Assembly (NCBI GenBank): GCA_024691995.1 | Contig: JAILNA010000003.1 | Span: 100,926 to 124,925, forward strand | From: Atopobiaceae bacterium | GTDB lineage: Bacteria; Actinomycetota; Coriobacteriia; Coriobacteriales; Atopobiaceae | Reading direction: 5' to 3' | Length of the DNA: 24,000 nucleotides | Shown: positions 6,390 through 13,429 of the stretch, one piece after another | How the letters are laid out: every line of letters begins with the position of its first letter | Position numbering within the stretch: position 1 is the first letter of the stretch | The notes under the pieces: generated by a model | What the model saw: the letters and a program-made list of their open reading frames with translations, nothing else | Database searches by the model: none | Told to the model about the DNA's origin: nothing | Program-made: the position numbers and the translations under genes

Positions 6390-7244
6390 CTATAGTGCGA
6401 GAGAGTAAATAGACACGGAGGACTTTTCGAGCAATTTATTTGCCGCATTGCGCCACTCTGCAGTTGCCTGAGCTGCCACCTGCTGGTAGTTGCTGCCGGC
6501 AACCTTGTAAGCAGCCAAAGCTGCCTCATACGTTGCAGAATCGTTAGAAATGGAATAGCCATTCAGCGCCTTGTAATAAGGACCATCGGTAGAAGCCCAC
6601 GTGTTCTTATCGGCACTCCACTCATCGCCTGCAAGATCGATAATGTACTTGGCATAATCCGCGTTTGCCGTATCTTGCTTGCCGTCGGATGGTGCGGTTG
6701 GCATGGTAGGAGTAGCGGGAAGTTTGGTGGTAATAACGGACTCGCGATACTTCTGTATGACTACCGCCTGGCGGAGAAGTTCCTTGGTAGCATCAGCTGA
6801 AAATCCATACTGCTTACCGATAGCCTCATAGTCATCGGTCTGAAGGTTCTTCTTGGCGTATTCGCTTATCTCATCGTCGGATGCAGAAAAACCAGCCGCC
6901 TCGGCACCCTTGAGAATAACCTGATTGCGGGCATAGGTAAAAGCCTTATCCATAGACGGAAGCGTATACGTACCGTCTTTCTGCTTAGCACTATCTACGC
7001 CGGTTGAGGAATCAAGAACCTGTCGAGCAGTGATGTTTTCAGTCTTTCCGTCAACCGTGTATGAACCAATAGGAGAATCAAGCTCAGCTTCGGAAACAGT
7101 GGTCTTACCAAGTACTGAAGTGGCTCCGACTCCTCCCGGAATGGGAAGGAAATGACCAATTACTACTCCGATAACGAGGGCAACTACAATCGCCACAGGC
7201 AGCACGATTTTGGTATTCATGTGCTTTACATCTACGTTTGGCAT
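6390..7244 (-). CDS. N-terminally membrane-anchored extracytoplasmic protein, SurA-N/PrsA-like chaperone domain (no PPIase domain evident)
   Basis: MPNVDVKHMNTKIVLPVAIVVALVIGVVIGHF forms a signal anchor, followed by a helical, Ala/Lys/Asp-rich region resembling SurA N-terminal domain proteins. The ATG at 7244 has a GAAAGG SD 6 nt upstream. The track start at 7268 is less likely. Confidence 0.6.
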   Translation of the reverse strand: MPNVDVKHMNTKIVLPVAIVVALVIGVVIGHFLPIPGGVGATSVLGKTTVSEAELDSPIGSYTVDGKTENITARQVLDSSTGVDSAKQKDGTYTLPSMDKAFTYARNQVILKGAEAAGFSASDDEISEYAKKNLQTDDYEAIGKQYGFSADATKELLRQAVVIQKYRESVITTKLPATPTMPTAPSDGKQDTANADYAKYIIDLAGDEWSADKNTWASTDGPYYKALNGYSISNDSATYEAALAAYKVAGSNYQQVAAQATAEWRNAANKLLEKSSVSIYSLAL

Positions 7245-7420
7245 AACAAACCTTTCATACTCATACATTGCGTATTTTAATTACTTACTTTGTAAGAACC
7301 GTAAGAAGTGTACCCTATTGTGAAGGGTTGTGTACCTCACGCACACTCTCCTTCACATATACATGCTCTCTTCTCCTTACGCCCACCGTGGCGAGAAGAA
7401 CTTCTTGCAGCAAAATAAAG

Positions 7421-8275
7421 CTATTGAGCGGCCGCAACAATCTCGGCAGAGAATTTCTGTATATACCCCGTTGCATTTTCTGCGTCGAACGCAAAACGCT
7501 CTTTAAGGGCTGCTTTCGTCTCTTTAGAAACGGCGCCTTTCGCAAAATTCAAAGTTCCGACAAGCATGTCATAGTATTCTGCATCACCGTGGTAGCACTG
7601 AATTGCCTCATTTAAAAGCGGCCATGCCTGATCGGAATGCTTTTGCGATGTTGCACCATAGCGTGTCAAAAACAGAAACGCCGCAAGACGAACCGTTGAT
7701 GAAGTGTCATCAAAAAGTGATGCCTCCGCACCGTCAAACGCCTTGATAACTTCATTCCCATAGGACTCACTTAAGCTTGCTAAAGCGGCAAGAATCTCCC
7801 AACGAGTCTGAGCTTCCGGTCGATACAGAGCATCAATAAGATCTTCAACCCTACCTTCAAATGCTTCGGGAGCTGTTTGTGCAATCTCTGCAATTTCATG
7901 AGCCGCTTCTTGACGCCGGCGACGGCTCGGGTTTGAAAGACTCTCAATAAAGGACTCAATTTCTTTCTTCTGAGCAGCGGTGAGACCCTTTGATTTTGAA
8001 TCCTTTTTTGTAGGATTTACCGAAGCAGAAGATTCTTCTTTGGAAGCCTTCTTAGCGGGAGCCTTCTTAGCGGAAGCCTTCTTAGCAACAGGCTTCTTGG
8101 CTGCGGACCCCTTAGCAGCAGGCTTCTTGGCTGCGGACTCCTTAGCAGCAGGCTTCTTGGCTGCAGTCTTCTTAGCAGTCCCAGAGGCCTTCTTACCCTT
8201 TTTATCGGTCTTCTCGCCGTCCTTATGATCGGCTTTCTCAACGACCTTCTTATCAGTCTCTTTTTTAGTAGCCAT
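7421..8275 (-). CDS. bipartite protein: histone-H1-like Lys/Ala/Pro-repeat N-terminus + HEAT-like helical-repeat C-terminal domain
   Basis: 284 aa. The N-terminal ~95 aa are KKTAAKKPAAKESAAKKPAAKGSAAKKPVAKKASAKKAPAKKA. The C-terminal ~185 aa carry HEAT-type signatures (SRRRRQEAAHEIAEIA; DDTSSTVRLAAFLFLTRYG). ATG at 8275 has a GAAAGGA SD. It starts 29 nt after the NYN gene stop. Confidence 0.8.
   Translation of the reverse strand: MATKKETDKKVVEKADHKDGEKTDKKGKKASGTAKKTAAKKPAAKESAAKKPAAKGSAAKKPVAKKASAKKAPAKKASKEESSASVNPTKKDSKSKGLTAAQKKEIESFIESLSNPSRRRRQEAAHEIAEIAQTAPEAFEGRVEDLIDALYRPEAQTRWEILAALASLSESYGNEVIKAFDGAEASLFDDTSSTVRLAAFLFLTRYGATSQKHSDQAWPLLNEAIQCYHGDAEYYDMLVGTLNFAKGAVSKETKAALKERFAFDAENATGYIQKFSAEIVAAAQ
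8045..8178. repeat. in-frame tandem DNA repeats (3 x 15 bp, then ~3 x 30 bp) encoding the AKKPAAK tract
   Basis: agccttcttagcgg(g/a) units start at 8045, 8060 and 8075. aggcttcttggctgcggac(c/t)ccttagcagc lies at 8090..8119 and 8120..8149, with a degenerate third copy at 8150..8178. Confidence 0.9.
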
Positions 8276-8304
8276 CGAAGCAATTCCTTTCTCTGCTCTT
8301 CGGC

Positions 8305-9075
8305 TTACTCATCACTAAAACCGTCTACCATTGTTCCGGTTTTTTCATCCTTATGAATTTTAATAAATCCTAATCGCGAAGCTTCCTGAAGTAAAGCAGT
8401 AAACGTACGATATCCATATGTCGTTTCAGAGAAATCGGGACGCTTGCGTTTCATGGTCAGCTTGAGTTGTGAAGCATAAATTGCCTGGTCATTTTCGCTT
8501 TGAAGCGAATCAATTGTCTGGAACAGGAGCTTATAGCAGCTCTGTTTATCTTTTGCGACTTTATTCTTGTAGCTTGGGAAACGAGTAACTGCGCTAAATT
8601 TCTCTTTTTCCGCAATATCTTCATAAAAGATAAACTCATCACATACATTTTCAAGCAGGGATGCCGTTCCCTTTTTACGTCCAATACCAATAACGGTTTT
8701 GTCATACTCCTTGAGCTTTGCCACCAAGGGAGAAAAATCCGAATCTCCTGAAAGGATGGCGAAGATATCAATGTGATCTTTGGTAAGACATGCCTCCAGT
8801 GCATCAACAGCCAAATGAATATCGGCAGAGTTTTTTCCTTTTTGAGAATTATCAGGGATCTCAATAAGCTCAACGCCAAGCTCGTGCAAAGCGGGCTTTA
8901 CCGCCTCGTGACGGCTCCAATCGCAGTATGCGCGCTTTATGGTAATTCGCCCTTTGTCAACAAGCCGCTCAAAAACAAGCTTTAAGGCATCTCGAGACCC
9001 ATTGGAACCTACCGGAAAATTTTCATAATCAATAAATACCGCAATGGAACTCTGCGGAGTTGTTATATCGCTCAA
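8305..9075 (-). CDS. NYN (LabA-like PIN-type nuclease) domain protein with C-terminal OST-HTH/LOTUS domain
   Basis: IAVFIDYENF, RAYCDW, GKNSADIHLAVDA and ILSGDSDFSPLVAKLKEYDKTVIGIG match the NYN/LabA acidic motifs. The C-terminal IYASQLKLTMKRKRPDFSETTYGYRTFTALLQEASRLGFIKI looks like OST-HTH. The start codon is TTG (forward caa 9073..9075), 12 nt after the upstream stop, with no obvious SD. Confidence 0.85.
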   Translation of the reverse strand: MSDITTPQSSIAVFIDYENFPVGSNGSRDALKLVFERLVDKGRITIKRAYCDWSRHEAVKPALHELGVELIEIPDNSQKGKNSADIHLAVDALEACLTKDHIDIFAILSGDSDFSPLVAKLKEYDKTVIGIGRKKGTASLLENVCDEFIFYEDIAEKEKFSAVTRFPSYKNKVAKDKQSCYKLLFQTIDSLQSENDQAIYASQLKLTMKRKRPDFSETTYGYRTFTALLQEASRLGFIKIHKDEKTGTMVDGFSDE

Positions 9076-9087
9076 TGTTGCTACTTT

Positions 9088-10215
9088 CTAGTGTTTATGA
9101 TGGTGATCGCAGGTGTGCTCATGACTGTCATGGTGGTGACCGCCGCAGCAATCGTGGCCTTCATGATGATGTTCACCACAGCAATCATGCTCTTCATGGT
9201 GATGGTTGCCGCCACAGCAATCGCCATCCTCGTGGTGATGACCGCCGCAGCAGTCGTGATCCTCGTGGTGATGGCCACATTCCTCTTCTTCGGAATCAAG
9301 CAGCGACCAATCAATCCCGGCGGCAGTTCCCGTTTGTTCATCACTATACAAAAGGGTAAGAGCTTGCGTACCCATACGAGATCCACCCACTTGACACAGC
9401 ATATCAAAGAGGGCAAATGCCGTCTCGGTACCCGGAAGCGTAATATCCAAATCCTCAGATTGTGCAAGTGCCAGCGCAATATCTTTGCGGAAGTGCTCGG
9501 CCAAAAACCCGGGAGTAAAATCACCCTCGAGAGACTTAGGTGCAAGTTCTTGAAGTGCGCGAGAAGAGCCCATGCCGGACGCAATCATCTCAAGTGTCTG
9601 TCTGACATCCAGTCCTCCTTGCTGGGCAAGAGCCATCGCATCTGCATAGCCAATCATGCAAGACGCAAGGGAAATCTGATTGCACAATTTGGCAATCTGA
9701 CCCATACCTGCTTTGCCCATGCAATAAATTTTTGCAGAAAACGTTTCAAGAAGCGCTCGTATGGGCTCAATATCTTTCTCTTTAGCTCCGGCGATAAGCG
9801 TGAGCGTTCCGGACTTTGCACCGGCCTCACCGCCGGTAACCGGACAATCTATTGCATGCTTGTCGTCAATCTCTGCGGCATTATGAATATCGCGAGCCAA
9901 CTGTGGAGACGAAGTTGTCAAATCAATCATCCAAGCTCCACGTTTACTCGCACGAAGAATGCCGTCAGAAGAGAGATAGACATCCTCAACGTCGCTCGGA
10001 TACCCGACCATAGTAAAAATCACATCGGCATCGGTAACGGCATTGACAACACCGTCAGCCCAATGAGCTCCCTTGGCGAGAAGTCCCTCAGCCTTAGATC
10101 GTGTTCTTGTGTATACCGTCACATCGTATCCGGCATCAAGAATATGCTCTGCAATGGGCGCACCCATTATTCCCGTACCAATAAAGGCGATTTTGGAACT
10201 TTTGCCTAACAACAT
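9088..10215 (-). CDS. NAD(P)-dependent beta-hydroxyacid dehydrogenase (3-hydroxyisobutyrate / tartronate-semialdehyde reductase family) with a 68-aa His/Cys-rich C-terminal tail
   Basis: The N-terminal Rossmann motif is KIAFIGTGIMGAPIA. Further matches are DAPVSGG-like DCPVTGGEAGA, GTLTLIAG and KLCNQ, then the 6PGDH-type helical domain. The tail is listed separately. The 372-aa + strand ORF 9091..10209 is its antisense shadow. Confidence 0.85.
   Translation of the reverse strand: MLLGKSSKIAFIGTGIMGAPIAEHILDAGYDVTVYTRTRSKAEGLLAKGAHWADGVVNAVTDADVIFTMVGYPSDVEDVYLSSDGILRASKRGAWMIDLTTSSPQLARDIHNAAEIDDKHAIDCPVTGGEAGAKSGTLTLIAGAKEKDIEPIRALLETFSAKIYCMGKAGMGQIAKLCNQISLASCMIGYADAMALAQQGGLDVRQTLEMIASGMGSSRALQELAPKSLEGDFTPGFLAEHFRKDIALALAQSEDLDITLPGTETAFALFDMLCQVGGSRMGTQALTLLYSDEQTGTAAGIDWSLLDSEEEECGHHHEDHDCCGGHHHEDGDCCGGNHHHEEHDCCGEHHHEGHDCCGGHHHDSHEHTCDHHHKH
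9091..9294 (-). repeat. degenerate coding repeat: five C-G(G)-HHH-E/D-x-x-D-C units (His/Cys metal-binding-like tail)
   Basis: SEEEECGHHHEDHDCCGGHHHEDGDCCGGNHHHEEHDCCGEHHHEGHDCCGGHHHDSHEHTCDHHHKH. By my count this has 24 His and 10 Cys in 68 aa, including four CC doublets. Confidence 0.9.
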
Positions 10216-10291
10216 GCGTAAACCCTTTCATATACAAAGCAACCGCTTATGGTAAATCCGTTCATTTTTGCCCGCATAAAACAATTACGTA

Positions 10292-11326
10292 CTATTGCTT
10301 GTTACCGCGAACCTTACTTGCAATTTTATCGGCAAGAGAGAGCTTCTCGCGGCGATCGGTACCCCAAAAGACAACCGCAACCATACCGGGTCCAACATGA
10401 GAGCCGATAACCGGACCAACGGTGCTCTGGATGATGGTGATGCCCTCACAGCCCTTCTCTTTTCTCAGCTGCGCCTCAACCCACTCGGCATCTTTCTTTG
10501 CGTCTGCTGAGACGATAGCCACGGGAAGCGAGAGATCGTATGAGTAGTTATCACGAAAGTCCTGGATGATAGCGCGGAGCGCTTTTTTACGACCGCGACA
10601 AATACTCTTGAGCGAGAGTGCTCCGGCAGCATCGTAGGATATCTCAGGCTTGACATCCAGCTTGCCGCCAATATTTGCCGCAGCAGGCGGGATGCGACCT
10701 CCCGCTGCAAGAGCGTCAAGCGTTTCAAGCGTAAAATATCCATGCAAGAAGTAATGAGCATCGTTTGCCCACTTGGCAAGCTCATGTGCCGTGAGTCCGG
10801 AATTTGCCTGATGAACCGCTTCGATGGCAAGTAATTCTGCCGCTACTGACGGAGCACCATTGTCTACCACGTATAACTCAAAATCCGGATATTGCTCCTT
10901 AATCATCTGAGCTGCCTGCTGAGCCGCATAAAACGACGAGGAAAGAGCCGCCGGAAAACAGAGATACACCGTTGGTATACCGGCCTTTGCCGAACGCTCA
11001 AAAACCTCAAAGTAATGACCGGGGGTTACCGCGGAAGTTTTATAGTGAAGCTGCTTGTTCTTGCGCATACTTTCATAGAACTCATGCGCGGAAGCACTCT
11101 TCCAACCATCGTCGAACTTCTCGCCATCAGGTCCTGTATATGGGAACTGGATAACCTCAACTCCCAGCTGTTCAGCAACCCCTGGCGCAAAATCTGCGGT
11201 TGAGTCCACAATAATGTGGACACCGCTTGGTTTATGGTACGCCGTACTGAGCGTATGGTTTTGGTTAGCCGTAACCTGCTCGGTTGCAGAAGTTTGTACA
11301 CTCGTCTCATCGACGTGTTTAGTCAT
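10292..11326 (-). CDS. DegV family fatty-acid-binding protein
   Basis: VHIIVDSTADFAPGVAEQLGVEVIQFPY... and the C-terminal SVGPVIGSHVGPGMVAVVFWG are typical DegV. I prefer the ATG at 11326 (MTKHVDE...), which has a GAGGAA SD. The track start at 11389 would overlap hpf by 71 nt. Confidence 0.85.
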   Translation of the reverse strand: MTKHVDETSVQTSATEQVTANQNHTLSTAYHKPSGVHIIVDSTADFAPGVAEQLGVEVIQFPYTGPDGEKFDDGWKSASAHEFYESMRKNKQLHYKTSAVTPGHYFEVFERSAKAGIPTVYLCFPAALSSSFYAAQQAAQMIKEQYPDFELYVVDNGAPSVAAELLAIEAVHQANSGLTAHELAKWANDAHYFLHGYFTLETLDALAAGGRIPPAAANIGGKLDVKPEISYDAAGALSLKSICRGRKKALRAIIQDFRDNYSYDLSLPVAIVSADAKKDAEWVEAQLRKEKGCEGITIIQSTVGPVIGSHVGPGMVAVVFWGTDRREKLSLADKIASKVRGNKQ

Positions 11327-11906
11327 TCTGTTCCTCAATCCTTGGTTTGATGATGCCGTATCCACCGTTCTTACGATGGTAAATGACATTCGTCAAACCT
11401 GTTGTAGAGTTCACAAAAACGTAAAAATCATGGCCGAGAAGATCTGTCTGAACGAGTGCTTCCTCTTCTGTCATAGGCAACAGATCAATGTACTTCTCAC
11501 GTACAAGCTGATCATCAAGATCTTCAGCCGGCGTTTCAATGAGGTTGGCCAGCTCTTCTTGAGACAGCGCACGTCCGCGCGTATTTTGGGCATGATGGTG
11601 TTTATCGACAATGCGCGTCTTATACTTGCGAAGCTGACGCGTAACCTTTTCTGCAGCCTCATCAATGGCACCATACATATCATCGCCACTTGAAACCACA
11701 CGTACAACGCTGTTTCTCACAAATACCGTTACTTCAACCGACTTACGTTCAAGATTTGAGGGGTTTTTATCCACACGAAGTACAACGTCGCACGTCATAG
11801 GTTGGATATCAAAAACCTTTAATGCGTCACCAATTTTTTCTTCAACATGAGAACGCAGTGCATCAGAAACCGTTACCTTGCGTCCGGAGATTTTGATATC
11901 GACCAT
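11319..11906 (-). CDS. hpf: ribosome hibernation promoting factor, long form (HPF/YvyD type)
   Basis: The N-terminal S30AE domain reads MVDIKISGRKVTVSDALRSHVEEKIGDALKVF...YGAIDEAAEKVTRQLRKYK. A linker follows, then the C-terminal dimerisation domain reads KYIDLLPMTEEEALVQTDLLGHDFYVFVN...NVIYHRKNGGYGIIKP. A strong SD (TAGGAGG) lies upstream of the ATG at 11906. Confidence 0.95.
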   Translation of the reverse strand: MVDIKISGRKVTVSDALRSHVEEKIGDALKVFDIQPMTCDVVLRVDKNPSNLERKSVEVTVFVRNSVVRVVSSGDDMYGAIDEAAEKVTRQLRKYKTRIVDKHHHAQNTRGRALSQEELANLIETPAEDLDDQLVREKYIDLLPMTEEEALVQTDLLGHDFYVFVNSTTGLTNVIYHRKNGGYGIIKPRIEEQND

Positions 11907-11931
11907 TCGGACCTCCTATCGATGACAAACA

Positions 11932-11952
11932 CAATCTTTGATACAAAGATTG
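11932..11952. promoter_or_regulatory. 9-bp inverted repeat with 3-nt centre just upstream of the hpf SD
   Basis: The forward strand reads caatctttg ata caaagattg at 11932..11952. This sits about 12 nt upstream of the hpf ribosome-binding site. It could be an operator or a 5' UTR hairpin, and its function is unknown. Confidence 0.3.
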
Positions 11953-12526
11953 TTGCTCATTTGGTACCCATTAGTACCCCAGATGTGTCCGTAGATACCA
12001 AAATAACGGTAAACGGAAGAGGATATTCGGCAGACGTCTTTTGTTGATGCGCTTATATCTGTTACATCGATGTATGTTTTCCCGTATGCTCACAACACTC
12101 ATATAGCGTTTTGCATCAGGAAATGAAAGTGCCTTTCCAGCTGACCTGGTATTTGACCCCACACTCGCGCACTGGAGCGTTTGCTCAAGAAACACTATCA
12201 CTGAAAGCTCTCTCGCCTGTGAGACTACTTGTCTCAAACGTATCAGGCGGTGCGACTTACTTCTAGGACGAGCCATGCTCGTTTGGAACCGCTCTTGGGT
12301 TTCAAACTTACGTGGATCCTTTTGACCTCGTCTGCCTTGGACTAAAGCGGACACCTGCGCATTTACGTCGTTTGTGTATTTACACATCCCTGCAATCACG
12401 CATTCTCGTCTGCTCGCAACCACAGACCTGGAAAGGCTCCTCAAGTATACTCTTTGCGCACCATCCCGCCAAATACGTGCAGGTATCTCATCATACGCGT
12501 CCGTAGGTTGACCGAATACCTTACTT

Positions 12527-13276
12527 TCACCAAACGCGCGCAAGTGCCCCAACCGTTACCGATTGCGCACCGTGAGCCAGCAAAACACGAGTTGCCTCTC
12601 TCGTTGATGAACCTGTTGTAATAACATCGTCAAGCAGCAGTAAACGGGCACCTTCCACGTCAGAAATTGAAGTTATCGTTCCGCGTAAGTTTACGGCGCG
12701 ATCGTACGCATTGAGAGTTCGCTGATCTTGTGCGGCCGAACGCGCAAGTACGTCAATGAGCGGCAGCTGTGATTGTTGGCAAAATGCCTGAGATACCAGG
12801 TGCATATGGTCAAAGCCGCGGCGGATAAACGCCTTTTTCGTAGCGGGTACAAAGCATACTCCGTCAATACTTCCCGCATCCCATCGAGGCAGACCGTCAC
12901 GGGCTTCCCACTGTGCCGCCTCCTCCAATGCAGTCAAGATTGCGGCGGCCACAACAGGCGCAAGCCTGAGTTCATGAGCATCTTTGAGATTGGTTACAAC
13001 GCATGCGGGAGGTCCTTTAAACCCCATCGCACAAACGGTACTTCTGCTCTCCCATACCACGTGAGGTTCTTTTCTGGTTATACACTCAGAGCAGACAAGA
13101 GAGCCAAACGGAGCGCCGCAATTTGGACAGGCCCACCTTTGTTCAATCCACGGCAGCTTGGAGATGCATTCTTTACAGAGAAGCTCTCCCGGCATGTCAC
13201 ACGCCACACAACGCGTTTGCCACAAAAGCTCGGATACGCCATCAGAAACGTAATGAAACGCCGGAATTAAAGACAT
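12527..13276 (-). CDS. comF: ComF family protein (ComFC-like phosphoribosyltransferase-fold competence protein)
   Basis: An N-terminal double zinc-ribbon reads CVACDMPGELLCKECISKL...CPNCGAPFGSLVCSEC. The C-terminal PRTase motif reads LLLLDDVITTGSSTREATRVLLAHGA. I prefer the ATG at 13276 (MSLIPAF...). The track start at 13315 is a GTG. Confidence 0.9.
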   Translation of the reverse strand: MSLIPAFHYVSDGVSELLWQTRCVACDMPGELLCKECISKLPWIEQRWACPNCGAPFGSLVCSECITRKEPHVVWESRSTVCAMGFKGPPACVVTNLKDAHELRLAPVVAAAILTALEEAAQWEARDGLPRWDAGSIDGVCFVPATKKAFIRRGFDHMHLVSQAFCQQSQLPLIDVLARSAAQDQRTLNAYDRAVNLRGTITSISDVEGARLLLLDDVITTGSSTREATRVLLAHGAQSVTVGALARVW

Positions 13277-13429
13277 ACCAACCCCCGTATACTGGGGGTC
13301 TTTTCTTGTAAGCACTATAGCATAACGACTTTGCGGCTTTGCTCAAAATCCCAAGACAGCACTGAGGAAGCACCTAACACATTTGATATGCGCAACTATG
13401 CCAAAGACTAAGCTGCGACACAACCATTC

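Noticed and set aside
7980-8283. ORFs 8017..8283 (-) and 7980..8228 (+) with RRLPL / FLAA repeats
   Set aside because: They are alternative-frame readings of the 15/30-bp tandem repeats of the KA-rich gene, and both are nested inside the well-supported 284-aa frame.
9091-10209. 372-aa + strand ORF, the longest unassigned ORF in the window
   Set aside because: It is the antisense shadow of the dehydrogenase gene. Its Met/Val-rich start is simply the complement of the His codons in the tail. The minus frame has a Rossmann GxGxxG motif and family motifs, and this frame has none.
11907-12526. Tested the gap by eye for tmRNA, RNase P RNA, SRP/4.5S RNA and 6S RNA
   Set aside because: There is no GGGG...tRNA-Ala-like ends or ALAA-type tag ORF, so it is not tmRNA. 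There is no GAGGAAAGTCC or other conserved RNase P blocks. The stretch accaggtcagctggaaaggc only superficially resembles the SRP domain IV consensus. A covariance-model search would be needed to be sure.
11971-12552. 193-aa minus-strand ORF in the comF-hpf gap
   Set aside because: It has a TTG start overlapping the comF 3' end and no SD. Its codon usage is very atypical: by my count 18 of 28 Arg codons are AGA/AGG/CGA/CGG, and ATA is frequent. It has no recognisable motif. I keep it only as a low-probability alternative in the finding on this gap.
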